A DNA stretch of 64,000 nucleotides. It comes from Chiloscyllium plagiosum (Eukaryota). The first letter of the stretch is position 1. Every line of letters begins with the position of its first letter. Below are positions 26,271 through 39,344 of the stretch, piece by piece. The stretch spans positions 34,559,239 through 34,623,238 of the forward strand of contig NC_057718.1 of assembly GCF_004010195.1 (NCBI RefSeq). Reading direction: 5' to 3'. The notes under the pieces were generated by a model. The model was not told the DNA's origin and made no database searches. It was given only the letters and a program-made list of their open reading frames with translations. The position numbers and the translations under genes were made by a program.

Positions 26271-27009
26271 AAAGTAACTGGAAAAGCATTTAAAACACTC
26301 CAATGTGGATAGCTGGCAACAATTTAGAGATGCATATGACGACAACGAAAAAGTTTATTTGTGCTTCAGAAAGGTTTCCCAAGGAAACCTAGTTTAAATA
26401 AAAACTGGGAATGTGAGGTTATTCATATCTTTTCACTGTCTTTTCATGCTGTCTCTGACTGAAGTGGTGTCAAATTTGAGATTTGAGTGCTCCCCTCAGA
26501 TATTTACTTCAGATAATTCTGAGGCAACAGAATTGCCACATTTACTAATCAAATCTGGCGTTTTTCTGCAGTTAAGTTGCTTGTTGATTGGTGCTGTAAA
26601 TGGCCGATGAGGTCACTCAAGCAGAGCAGTCACGTTAACACACAAACGTCAGCTTCTTTTCCCCATAATGCTTCCTTTACATTACACCCTGTTGACTCAA
26701 AGAAAAGACTGAGGAAAACAGTGGAATACTGCATGAAATTACCCTCAGAATGTTATACTACCCATCAATTTTATTGTCCCTTTCTTCTCCTGTGGAGTGA
26801 ATCTTGCAGTGGCTGGGGCGAAATAGGGTTGCTTTGTCTGACAACAATGCTAGAGATTGACAGGTCAGGTTAAATGATTTACCAGGCAGGGTTAGCCATT
26901 CAGTGAAATTCAGGAGAGGGGGGACAGGATGTAAAGAGCTGAAACAGATAGCCCTGCTGGGGAATGCTGTACATGAAGAGAATAACAAGGAAAACCACCT
27001 AACTGTCCT

Positions 27010-27300
27010 GTGGGCTCAGTGTATTTACACAGTGAGTGAGTAAATCATGCATGCCAGAAAGATTCAAGGTTTATGTCCCACTTTGTGTTGAATCAGGTGA
27101 TAGCAGCCTAGAAAAAGAGAGTGACATCTCAGTGGAGAAAGGAGGTAATTGAGGGTTCTGCTCCTGACCAGCTCCTAATCACTGTTAACAACATGAGCCT
27201 GTGGATATTGAGTAAGAACACGGTTGTGCTCCCTGATGATGCTTCTGCAGTGAAATTTAGCCAACTCACTCACACTGTCGGAACCAAAACTTTAGTAATG
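27010..27300 (+). mobile_element. Ancient SINE-like repeat
   Basis: GGGCTCAGTG head and the GGGTTCTGCTCCTGA block shared with about 1500 and 17050. Confidence 0.45.
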
Positions 27301-28555
27301 CCAACAATGTACTGGGAGTTGGGGTTACATGGTAAATATTTTTAGCAAGAGAAGTGTAAAAGTATTTTTATTGGGAAGAAAGCTCCTCTGAAAATAAAAG
27401 TTGACAGCAGGCGATTGCGAGTAAGAGAAAGAGAGACACGTAATCTTTACGTTTGATTGAGTTATAGAACAAATGAAAAGATCTCCTTATGACTTAGGCA
27501 ATAAGCAACTTGGAGAGGTTGTGGAAATATCATGAAGTGAGAAGAAAATTTGCGAGGAATGAGAGATTTTGAAGAAAGCAAGGTAATAAAGCAAGCGGAT
27601 GGGCAGAATATAATATCCTCTTCAAAGCTAATTCTCGTGGTGGGATCAAGGCACTTAGTCAGGCAAGTGGATGAGTGGGGACCTCACTACCTTCCTGCCT
27701 TTGCCCCAGTTATGCCCTTAATTCCACACCTAATGCCTACTTGATGGTCTTATCTCATTGCCATTGGTGTTCACCCATTTTGGAGAGGTGGGGGTTGGTG
27801 GGATGTGAGGATGGGAAGGCTGAACACCTTGTTGGAGTTACTTACAGACTTTTGGGGGATGACGACAGTCCCTCATCCAGTGTCTGCTCACCATGTGACC
27901 ACTGTGAGCCACCAAGTTCATCCCTGGCAACTTCCAACTCACCTCTCACCATCACCTGGGGGACTCATGAAATTTAGTAGGCCTACCTTAAGAAGGGTAA
28001 TGAGGGTCCCTTGTCAGCTATTAGCTGGGGGCAAGATCCACGTCATCCAGATTAAATTCCCTTTTGACATTATTCACGTGTGAGGCCTGACAGTAAATAT
28101 TGATAGGCTTCAATCATGCAATCATAATAAGGTTCATTCTTGATGCTCACACACACACTTTTACAACTGAAGCTACAAAGGATTCATGGCCCATTAGCTT
28201 TCACCACTTCAAGGAGCTGTGCAAGAAATTACAGCACCCCCAACTCTCGCTCTCACAGATTTGTTGGAACAGGACTGACCAGGATTGAGTCTGGATTTCC
28301 CTTATCACACCAAGTGCTGCATTTACCAATTCAGAGACTAGGGACAGTGAATGCTGGGGATATGGTAATAATTGGAACTCTGTGCTATAATTGTAACTCA
28401 CCTATATCTGGGCTACTATTTAATAGGAATTAGATATAAACTACTTGATCTTCAAAATCAGCTAAGATTAGACATTTATAACATCAAACCTCTCACTGGG
28501 CACCATGTCAGGTAGAATACTTGGTGCTAATTAAACACTGGAGTGGCCACATAAT

Positions 28556-29363
28556 GAAATCTGAGTTGAGAGTGTGGAGCTGGAAAAACGTAGCAGGTCA
28601 GGCAGCATCCGAGGAGCAGGAGAATCGATGTTTCGGGCAAAAGCCCTTCATCAGGAATGAAGCTGTGAGCCAAGAGGGTGGAGAGATAAATGTGAGGGGC
28701 TGCGGCTGGGGGGAAGGTAGCTTGGAATGCAATAGGTAGATGGAGGTGGGGATGAAGGTGATAGGTTGGAGAGGAGGGTGGAACAGATAGGTAGGAAGGA
28801 AGATGGACAGGTAGGACAGGTCATGAAGGCGATGCCGAGTTAGAAGGTTGGATCTGGGATAAGGTGGTGGGAGAGGAAATGAGGAAACTGATGAAATTCA
28901 CATTAATGCCATGTGGTTGAAGGGTCCCAAGGTAGAAGATGAGGTGTTCTTCCTCCAGGCATCGGATGTTAGGGTGTGGCAATGGAGGACACCCAGGACC
29001 TGCACGTCCTTGGTGGAGTGGGAGGGGGAGTTGAAGTGTTCAGCCACAGGGCAGTGGGATTGGTTGGTGTGGGTGTCCTAGAGATGTTCTCTGAAGTGCT
29101 CTGCAAGTAGGTGTCCTGTCTCCCCAATTTAGAGGACACCGCATCAGGAGCAACAGATACAGTAAATGACATGTGTGGAACTGCAGGTAAAACTCTGATG
29201 GATGTGGAAGGCTCCTTTGGGATCTTGGACAGAGGTGAGGTAGGGGAGTGTGGGCACAGGTTTTGCAATTCCTGCAATGGCAGGGGAAAGTGCTGGGAAG
29301 GGAGGGTGGGTTGGTGGGGGTGGGCATGAACCTGACAAGGGAGTCACAGAGGGAATGGTCCCT
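28556..29363 (-). mobile_element. Penelope-like retroelement 3' fragment with GIY-YIG endonuclease pseudo-ORF
   Basis: Minus-strand translation HCRNCKTC...FTCSSTHVIYCICCS*CGVL*IGETGHLLAEHFREHL*...VAEHFNSPSH, followed by a 3' UTR, a hammerhead and the terminal repeat. Confidence 0.93.
28622..28658 (-). ncRNA. Minimal type I hammerhead ribozyme motif in the Penelope 3' end
   Basis: ATTC-CTGATGA-A-GGGC-TTTT-GCCC-GAAA-CA-TC-GATTC. The core is intact, stem I has one mismatch, and the stem III CpG has decayed. Confidence 0.75.
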
Positions 29364-30612
29364 GGCCAATTAAAGGTAAGCAGTCACATAGAGGAACAAA
29401 AAAAAGTTCCAAGTTTTTGAAATATTTGTGTAAAAAATCTGGGAAAGGCACATTAAGGTGAAAAAGGGAGAATGTGGCAGAAATGAGATCAGGAAAGACT
29501 ACATGTAGAGACAGGAAATGGAATCCATTTGAAGTGATCAAGCAGAGGGAGCACCCTGTTTGAATATGGCTTAGATGTAGCCACGTGAGGTGAGTATAAG
29601 GTGGATGCACAGGTTTGATATTTTAGAGGTGGCTTCACCAGTTAGGAGTACAACAGCTGGAAACAAGGGTTAGTCCTGTGCATAACATCTACAGGGTCAG
29701 CCTACAGATCGACACACGAGAAGGTGACAGATCCAAGAAAGCTGCTAAGATGGAATTATCCATCCCTGTCATATCCAACTCACTCACTGTGTTTATGTTT
29801 ATATAAATTATTGGCTGTCACCAAACTGAAAATCTCTAGCTGTTCCAGATAAAGCCCTCAGAAAGCCTTTGTGCCCTTTCATTGTCCACTACTCACACCT
29901 CTCCCCGATAGTGTAAATATTCAAGCTAATTTAGAACTGAAGCACTTGACATGTTGTTTTCAGATAGCAGATCATTCTAAATAAATCCAGTTACATGATA
30001 CATTGTCACTTGCAGTATTTGGATTTCAGGTGTGTGTCTTCCTGATCCATGCTTACTCAGCTTGTTGCTTGAAGACCAAGATGATACACAAATCTCATTT
30101 CAGTGAGGCAGAGCTGTGCTGATAGGAGGCACAGTTGAGTATGGTCAGTGAACAAGGTCAATTTGCTCCTTGGTGACCTGGGGTCAAGCAATGAGGCTGT
30201 GGTGCCAACGTGTACAAGCCCACGTTATAAAAATTTTAAATCGGATTCTGTTGAATTCTTTTTTACTTTGAGCGCGAATTTACTCATTTCTTCTTCTCAC
30301 TGTCCTTCATGACTGAGCTTAACTTGCTTGACTGGCTTCCATTGCAGTTCACTAGCTTCTGAGATGGAATGGATTTTATCGTCTTTGCCTGGTTTTGTTG
30401 AGAAGAGCTTCCAAGAAATGGGAAATGGTTCAGACTTTCCATCAGTGTATCACCATCTCTTAATTGATGGAGGGGGGGGAGGTGATTTTCTCTAGTTTGA
30501 TAGCTAGAAGGAAGAGTATCTTAGACTTGTGTGTACAGTTGTCCATTTTCTCCTATGCTTTGGAGAACTGTAAAATCTGTGAATGAGTCAAGTAGGTATC
30601 TTAAAGAGAGAA

Positions 30613-30799
30613 GAGACAAAAAAACCTGCATATACCAGTTTCCAAAGTAGACAGGCAAGAGGCTAAAAGAACACAGCAAGTCAGGCAGCATCAGGAGGTG
30701 GAGAAGTTGACATTTCAGGTATAACCCCACCCGAAATATCGACTTCTCCACCTCCTGATGTTGCCTGGCTTGCTGTGTTCTCCCATCCTCCTGCTTGTC
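30613..30799. mobile_element. Penelope-derived fold-back element (second subfamily)
   Basis: Imperfect inverted arms from 30648 to 30801, with the junction in hammerhead stem II and a 35 nt tail. 16 bp TSD TATCTTAAAGAGAGAA at 30597-30612 and 30800-30815. Confidence 0.9.
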
Positions 30800-32287
30800 T
30801 ATCTTAAAGAGAGAAAACATTTTTAGTAACTTTAAAATTCAGTCTGGAATGCTTCTGTCTAGCCTATGGGTTGGGAGCTATGGTCATTGGATGGGAATAG
30901 GTGTTTATGATGTTGAGATGGATATTGGATTTGACGGGTTGTATTTTGTTGAACTTGGACATTGGTCTAAGGAAGTGAAGGAGATTTAATCTGTCTATTT
31001 CCAAACAACATGACAACATTCTGTGACTATTCCTGGACTACCTTGACTTTCTCTCCAGTGACATCTTTCACTGTCGGCCTGCATTGAAGTCTATTGGACA
31101 GACATCAGTCAACAACTGAGCAAATGTTATTGGAGGAAGAGTAATAAAGGACTACTGAAAAATATTTTTTTTACCCAATTTCCATTGGCACCATAACCAT
31201 GGACAATGACTGACCAAGATAAATCCTCTGCTTTGTCCAGCTCATTCTACATAATTGCCAAACCAAAGACCATTAGGTCCAAAACAACTCTCTCCTTAGA
31301 GCTCAGCATAACTTCATTAACAACTTGCATAGTGGTAACACCCTTAACAACATCCCAACATCATGTGGCTAGAGTGAAAGGAGAATGAGTGCAATGGTAT
31401 ATTTTCAGGTGCTCCTGAGAAATTTGTATTTGCTGTGTTAATGAGATTGTTGATCTTTCTCGATGTAAAACCCAGGTTTTGGCTCTGATGTTGGTTACAT
31501 CTGTCAGCCACCTGCGCTTTATAGTTTCCCTGGAGATTGTCCAGCTGGAGAGCAGTGACTCCTTTCCTGCCTGTACCTCTCCCACTAGGACCCCCAGAGA
31601 GACATTTAGGTACCTGCAACACATTCCCCCAAGAGAATCCTATTTCCCACATCTTAGAGATGGATTCCTTCCTTAAGTTAGGTGGTGCAAAGCCCAGTGG
31701 AAATTGTGTGGCAAAAGTAGGTGGGCAACCCATTTTTTCCACATGGCCAGCTGAGCACTGTGACAATGGTATTAAATTGAGTTTTTGGAGGTAAAATTAT
31801 CTCAGACTCCAGAGACATCATGAGGCCTAAGCTCACCCTGTTGACTTTCTGTCCTGAGTTAAAATCAGGTTTTCTGATTTGAGTCCAACTGATCTCTCTG
31901 ACAAGCCTTCAGTCAACCTTGTATTTAAAGTAACACTCAATTCTAATACAGTAGTAAATTGATGCCAATCGTTATAAAGCTCTGGCCGAGCAGGCTTGAG
32001 GCCTACACCTGCTTCTAATTCATATATTTGCATCTTTGTTGACCCTGAACTTCAGTGAAAACATGTGTTAAAAGATGTTTTCCATATCTCCTTCTCTTGA
32101 ATGTCTTTCTGATGATAGCTTATGTGCTGCTAACATCTTGGTGATCATCATCTGCTTTTCTTTGAATGTGGATATTTCCAACATTACTTGAAGCCAAGCA
32201 TATGACCCAAAGCGAAACAAGGAAGAAACCACAAAGCTACTGAATAAAAGGCAAACAGCTTCTGTTCATTTTCACATTAAACTTCCG

Positions 32288-32951
32288 AGAGTCATAGAAT
32301 CCCAATAGTGTGGAAGCAAGCCATTCAACCCATCAAGCCCACCTAGACCCACCACCATACCTGTAACTCTGCATTTCCCATGTCTAAGCTAGCTGCCTAA
32401 CCTGCACATCCCTGGACACTACGGGTAATTTATCATGGCCAATCCACCTAAACATCCACCATTTTTCATTGAATCTCTATAGTGTGGAAACAGGCCATTC
32501 AGTCTATAAGAACTCTCCAAAGAGCATCCTACCCAGACCCACACTCATACCCTATCGTCTCCCTGTAACCCTGCATTCCCCATGGCTAGGAGGAGAAAGT
32601 GAGGTCTGCAGACGCTGGAGATCAAAGCTGAAACTTTATTGCTGGAACAGCACAGCAGGTCAGGCAGCATCTAGGGAACAGAAGATTCGACGTTTCGGGC
32701 ACATGCCCTTCCTCAGGTTTCCAAGGATTTCCCATGGCTAATCTACCTGGCCTACACATCCTTGGGCACTACACAGCAAATTAGCATGGCCAACCCACCT
32801 CACATGCACATCTTTGGACTGTGGGAGGAAACCTACGCACACAGGGGTGGGAATGTGCAAACTCCACACAGACAGTCACCTTCGGGTGGAATTGAACCTG
32901 GGTCCCTAGTGTTGCGAGGTAGCAGTGCTAACCACTGAGTAGCCATGCCAA
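32288..32951 (-). mobile_element. Two adjacent HE1-like SINE copies (3' part 32288-32460; near full-length 32468-32951)
   Basis: Homology to 15140-15471, with a reverse tRNA head at 32885-32951. Confidence 0.88.
32589..32726 (-). mobile_element. Penelope-derived short element inserted in an HE1 SINE
   Basis: Minus strand CTGAGGA-A-GGGC-ATGT-GCCC-GAAA-CG-TC-GAAT. TSD CCCATGGCTA at 32579-32588 and 32731-32740. Confidence 0.9.
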
Positions 32952-34444
32952 CCTTGTTTCCTTGTTAAATATGTGGGTGAATGTGCAGCACACAATCCTG
33001 GAAATTGTACAAAGACCAACTTAAGTATAGCTCCACAGCACATTGAGAAATCCACAAATGAACACCATAAGTGTTTAAACAAAAGACCAGTCAAACATTA
33101 TTGTGTTTTGGTATCTGCCCAAATGAGCCCATGCTCCAGCATTTGGGACTGATCTCGCCAGCCAGAAAACTGCCCTTGTGCTTTTTGATAGTTTGTATTT
33201 CTTGACGTAGAGTAGACAGTGAGTATAGAAAAAAACATTCAAGGCCATACTTTTCCTGTTATATCATTGCTGATAGTATAACTTACTTTAAATGCAGATA
33301 AAAAATCAAATGTAGCATTTCTGACCTTTGCCCCAGTATGGTTTGACTTGCTTTAAATGTGAATTAAAATACAAATGTAACATTTCGAACCTTTCCTCCA
33401 GTATCTGTAAACAGATTATGCAACTATTTCTGACACTGCTTATGGATTCCAGCTGTACACATTAACCAAATTTAAGTAAACCTTACTTATGCCAAACCGA
33501 CAAAGAATTCACACCATCTAAACTTCCAACAACACCTTTCAGACCAAATAAAACATTCCTTTACTGAATTGAAATAAACAGCAAGCAGACTTCCAGTATA
33601 TATCTATCATCACTTTACGCAGAATGCAATGTGTCGGCAGTTACTGCACATCACACGCAGCACCGCTTAGGTTCACTGCTTTACCAAAAGAACATACCCA
33701 ACGTGAGCTTTAGAAACAAATGTTAAATATAAAATAACGTGCAAGATAAATTCCAAAATGAAGCAATCTTGTGTGGTTTGGAGTTTGAATGTGTCAATAG
33801 TAATTTTTTTTCTCTTTCAGTTCCTTTAAGGGCCTTCTGCTTTTTTGGCTGTGAAGCCTAGGCCTCTGACTGAGGTAATGTAACATTTATGTGAAGCAGC
33901 TGTTCAGAAGAGGAAGCACATTGCAATTTGAAAATAAAGACAGCGGTGCAGAATTGCATTTCAGCAGGGGGCAAATGATTACAATTCGACATCCTGTTTA
34001 TGACCAGACTTTGGGAGTGTGAGTGTTAACAATGCAGGAAAAGGGATGCACACCACACACTTCTGTGAAATGCGTAATCCATTATCATTGGCTTGTTACT
34101 ATTGGCCTAAGGTACCTATTTTTATCCACACTACATGAATAACTGTCAACAATGTACAGTGTCGTTAAGCGCATTGGCTTTAAGTACTGAGTCACTTTAG
34201 AACTTGTTGAGTGATTTAAATTTTTCTTCACCTGCAAAAAAGTTTATTTTAAATCCATAGGAAGCCCATGTTACAAACTCTTTTATTAAATTATATATGA
34301 CATATGCTAATATTGTCAGCTAGACTAGTTCATACACCCAGCATTGGGTTGACAACTCAGGTTGGATGGTTCTTCACTTTATGGTCTGCCTGTAATCACC
34401 TCAAAATCTTTCTCATCAAATTCAATACTTTTACAACCAACAAC

Positions 34445-34728
34445 ATCATTGAGTCATACAGCACAGAAGCAGACCCTTCATTCCAGCCTGTCTATCCCAA
34501 CAATAATCCCAAATTAAACTAGTCCCACCTGTCTGTTCCTGGTCCCTATCACTGCCAACATTTTTATTCATGTATTTATCTAGATATCTTTTAAATGTTG
34601 TAACTGTACCTGTATCCACCACTTCCTGTGGGCATTCATCCCACAAATGAACCACTCTTTGTGTAAAAAAAATTGCCCACATGTCTTTTTTAAATCTTTC
34701 CCCTCTCAGTTTAAAATATGCCCCTGTC
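34445..34728 (-). mobile_element. CR1 LINE 3' end
   Basis: FKLRGERFKKD..FFTQRVVHLWD and a CR1 tail. Confidence 0.88.
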
Positions 34729-34759
34729 AAAAATAACTATTTCTCTAAGCAGCTGGAAA

Positions 34760-35620
34760 GTAATAGGACGTATCAAGAGGCTTCACAAGAATGTTGTCAA
34801 ACAAAGTATGTCACCGACCCATAAAAGGAGATATTAAGGCAAATGATCAAAAGCTTCATTAAAGAGTTAGGTTTTAAAAGGTGTCTTAAAGAAGGAAAGC
34901 AAGAAGTAGTGAGACACAGAAGTGGGAAGATTACTCCAGAGTTTGCAACAGAAACAACTCAAGGCACAACAAACAATGGTTGAGAGATTAAAAGTGTGGA
35001 TGCCTAAGAGGTCAGAATTTGACCAGCATTGATACCTCGGATTGTTGTGAGGCTTGGAGGGGTTTACACAAATAAGGGGAGGCTAGGCCATGGATGGATT
35101 TGTAAACTAGAATAAGAATTTTAAAGCAAAACATGGCTTGGCCAGGAGGCAGCAATGTAGGTCAGTAAACCAAAGGATGTATAAACTTGGTGCAAGTTAA
35201 GATGCAGGCAGGTGAATTATAGATACTCTCAAGTTTACAGCAAGTAAGATTTCAGAGAACAACCAGGAATTATTTGGAAATCATTGAGTCTTGAGATAAC
35301 AAAAGGCAGAAATGCAATTTTCAACAGCACAGCAGCTGACCAAAGCTGAAGTCAAGCGATGTTATGGAGATTGGAGTGGGGACCAAAAACAAGGCTGAAG
35401 CCTTTCCAATGTTAAATTAAAGTTTTGCTCATCCAGTTTCAGATATCAGATAATTTAACAACAATGAAGGGGTCGATCGAGATGGTATTGCAATAAAGCT
35501 GAGAGTTGTCAATGTACACAGTGAAAATGGAGACAGTGTTTTCAGCCAATGCTGCTGAGGGGCAGCATGTAGATGAGAAACAGGAGAGGATGACTGAGGT
35601 AACACAGGAATGAGGGGCAC
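34760..35620 (-). mobile_element. L2 LINE 3' part
   Basis: The minus strand has the L2-type end TCCTTCTTTAAGACACCTTTTAAAACCTAACTCTTT and a decayed YxDD region (TACATTGACAACTCTCAGCTTTAT) near 35495-35518. Confidence 0.7.
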
Positions 35621-35769
35621 TGCGAGTGCTTCTCTGGCTAGGGTCAGGCAGTTAAGAGTGGAAACGAGTGTGAAGAGAGGTGGTGGCATCGGGGTAATGT
35701 CACTGAACGGGTAAAACAGAAGCCGAGGCTGATGTTCCTTGGATTCAATACCTACCATTGTGGATGGTG

Positions 35770-35980
35770 AAACTGGAATTCAGTAAAAGTCTGGAATGTT
35801 AAGATAAAAAGATAACCCAGTCACTGTTGGTTGTTGTAAAAACTCACTAATGTCCTTTAGGGAAGGAAATCTGCCATGCTTGACTGGTCTACATGACCCA
35901 CAGTGACTCCTATACTGGCCTAAGGGCAATAAATGCTGGCATGGTTAGTGCCACCCACCTCTCATGATCGATTATAAAAA
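35770..35980 (+). mobile_element. SINE fragment (shark-type)
   Basis: CACTAATGTCCTTTAGGGAAGGAAATCTGCC...GGGCAATAAATGCTGGC with an A-rich end. Recognised from memory. Confidence 0.55.
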
Positions 35981-36349
35981 CCTGACATCCCACCTAGCTG
36001 GATGACTGAGTGTGGGAGGAGAACGGTGTGGTCCTCCTTGTCAAAGGATATACATGGGTCAATGCGAAGGGAATTGCCACTTTTCTCCAGCTAGTTTCTT
36101 GACTGTGCTGTGAGCCCTTCTGACATTGTGGTACACTGTGTTTGATACTTTTGACACAAGGCTGAAAACAAGTTGTAGGAAATCACACATGGAGTTCTGG
36201 GAAAGATTGACTTGGGAAACAGCAACACACATTCAAGGACTTTGCATTGGAAAGGGAGGTTGGAGATGGGAGTTTGTAAGGACAGTGGAACTGTTGGTAG
36301 TTGTTTTATGAAGAAAGGGCTGATGATACCAGAATTATTGAACAAAAGA

Positions 36350-37130
36350 AGAGAGGTGCTGCATTTTGGAAAAGCAAATCGGAACAGGACGTATCCACTT
36401 AATGGTCAAGTCCTAGGGAGTGTTGCTAAACAAAGAGACCTTGGAGTGTAGGTTCATAGCTCCTTGAAAGTAGAGTCTCAGTTAGATAGGATAGTGAAGA
36501 AGGCATTTGGTATGCTTTTCTTTATTGGTCAGAGAATTGAGTATAGGAGTTGGGAGGCCATGTTGTGGTTGTACAGGACATTGGTTAGGCCACTTTTGGA
36601 ATATTGCATGCAGTTCTTGACTCCTTGCTATTGGAAAGATGTTGTGAAACTTGAAAGGGTTCAGAAAAAATGTATAAGGATTTTGCCAGGGTTGGAGGAT
36701 TTGAGGCTGAATAGGCTGGGGCTATGTTCCCTGGAACAATGGAGGCTGAGGGGTGACCTTATAGAGGTTTATAAAATCATGAGGAGCATGATAGGGTAAA
36801 TAGATAAAGTCTTTTCCCTGGGGTGCAGGAGTCCAGAACTAGGGGGCATGGGTCTAGAGTGAGAGGGGAAAGATATAAAAGAGACTTAAGGGGCAACCTT
36901 TTCAAGCAGAGGGTGGTGAAAATGATTTGCCAGAGGAAGTGGAAGAGGCTGGTACAAATACAGCATTTAAAAGGCATCTGGATGGGTATATGAATAGGAA
37001 AGGTTTAGAGGGATATGGGCCAAGTGCTGGAAAATGGGACTAGATTAGGTTAGGATATCTGGTCAGCATGGATGAGTTTGACTGAAGGGTCTGTATCCAT
37101 GCTGTACATTTCTATGACTCTATGACTCTG
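36350..37130 (+). mobile_element. CR1 LINE 3' part (same subfamily as 17795)
   Basis: EVLHFGKAN, LYRTLVRPLLEYCMQF, LRGDLIEVYKIM and a (TCTATGAC)n tail. Confidence 0.95.
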
Positions 37131-37392
37131 TGACACTCAGAGAATAATTAATAATATTGGCTCAGGACACGGAGGGGAAGTTTGGCGATCAGCAATTTAA
37201 TCAGAGTAGGATAATGGGAGCAAAAGATGGGTGGTATGGAGAAGATGAGTTCAGAGCAGGGGCGCATAGAGAAAAATTGGACATGAATTATGATATTCAA
37301 AAAAATGAATCAAACATAAACCTCTTTTAATGGGCTACGATTGCTTTCCTGAATTTTTTTTTCCCAAGAGATGAATTTTAATTCCTGGAGAT

Positions 37393-37527
37393 TCTGTTCT
37401 GAAGAAGAGTTATATTGGACTCAAAACATTAACCCTGTTTCACTCATCACAGATGTTGCCAGATCTGCTGAGCTTCTCCAGTATTCTCTGTTTACTTCAG
37501 ATTTCCAACATTTTAAATATTTTGCTA
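37393..37527 (+). mobile_element. Old Penelope-derived short element with hammerhead motif
   Basis: GTT-CTGAAGA-A-GAGT-TATATTGG-ACTC-AAAA-CA-TT-AAC at 37396-37433, then CAGATGTTGCCAGATCTGCTGAG. Confidence 0.75.
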
Positions 37528-37574
37528 TTAACTCTAATATAGTGTCACTCCTGAAGCAAGCATTTGTATGAAAT

Positions 37575-38040
37575 CAGCTTTGAAATTGGCTAATGGACAG
37601 GAAATAGCGAGTGGGGAAAAGGAGCTCTTTTCCAGATTGGTGACCGTAACCAGTGGGATTCCACAGGGCTCAATGCTGGGACTACAACTGTTTGCGGTAT
37701 ATATCAATGACTTGGAGGAAGAAAAAAAAATGTATTGTAGCCAACTTTGCAGATGGCAAAAACAGGTGGAGACGCAGGTTGTGAGAGAGCTCCAAATAGT
37801 TTGCAGAGAGATATTGATTGGTGAAGAAAATGGGCAATATGTTGGCAAATGGAGTACTGTATAATGTGGGAAAATGTGTTCATTTTGGAAAAGAGAACAA
37901 AAGAACAGTATTATTAATAGAGAAAAACAGGTGTAGCAGGTAATTAGGAATGCTAATGGAATGTTGACCCTTATCGCATGAGGTTTTGAGTATATGAGTC
38001 GGGAAGTCTTACTGCAGCTGTACAAGATGTTGACACCACT
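37575..38040 (+). mobile_element. CR1 RT fragment (old)
   Basis: VTSGIPQGSMLGLQLFAVYINDLE. Confidence 0.85.
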
Positions 38041-39344
38041 GGGAATCTCAATACAACGTGACTGTGCCTGACCACATACTGAGCAATACGAAGGCCTCTG
38101 CCCAGGTTTGGCTAACATAGATGAGTCATTGCTAAATCCAACATAGAGTTTTTTTTTAAGGTGGCCATGCAAGCTAACCCTCCAAAACCCTGCCCTTGGC
38201 CTGCTCCAAAGTGATCACTGCAGTGTGGGTCCATGCCTAATTCTGGATCCATTCCTGAAATTGGGAAATGTAGAGCTTCATTGGAATGTCCATTTATAAA
38301 TATGTGTCCTAATTTAGCATGTCTCTCCTAACTGGCTGCCTACCATACAATTGTATCTGGATATGGGTGCTAATGAATTTAGGCTGCTAGGTTTTTTGTT
38401 GGGTCTTTACAGTGAATTCTACAAGATTAATTTATGGTTGCAGCTGGCAGGGTAAGATCTACATGGCGATAGCACATGTACAGCTCTTTATCCATTCTAA
38501 AAGTGGCTACAGAGTACAGTAGAAATTTCCTTCCTATTATTTACTGTAGATGAGGATAAATTCCTTACACCCCTCTGATTTGGATAGGTCAGTGTAAAAA
38601 GATACATTGGTACATGCTGAGCAAGTAAACATTTTATTCAGTGCCAGCTGATACAGAGGTTACATTTTATTGATGTTGCAACACTACTAAGTTGTGTCGA
38701 CTAATCAGCACTATTTGCTGCCTTGGTGTTTAGACTTAATCGCTGATGCAAATAATCTGAGTTAATTTGAACATCAGGACCTAGTTGTGAAACCAAAAAA
38801 TGTCTTTAGAGTTCTTCCACTTAGCTTATAACAGTAAATGGCAGGCAATTCATTGCATGATTCATTTCTGATTCTCTAAATTATGTTATTTCTGACTGGT
38901 TTTAAGTGAAACTCACTTCAATAGTGAGTTTCATAAATCTGTAGTTAAAGAAAAAATGTTTTACTCTAATCATTCTCCCTCATTGTCTGAAGGTGAAGAC
39001 TCACATATGGTCCTCTGGGTTGGCAGCCCTTCAACTCAGTGAAATGGTCATTCCTCATGCATGAGTCTCAAAGAGCTGCTTTACTTTGGAAGTTGTGAGA
39101 ACTGAGCCTACCCTTGCTTGTTCACTACTTCTACGTCTTTTCCAAACAGTTGGTGGACTGCGCATTTAGCTTACTTCAGTCTGGTAATCCCAGGATACCG
39201 AAACAAGTTGTAGATTCCTCAACTAATCATCAAGCTCACTGCAATAAATCTGTTGATGAAATTTTTTAAAAATAAACATTTTTGTGATATGTTTCATGAA
39301 TCTTCAGAACTGAACTCTTATTGACATGTCCTCACCATGGCAAC

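Noticed and set aside
37534..38172. 212 aa minus-strand ORF
   Set aside because: It is antisense to a decayed CR1 RT.
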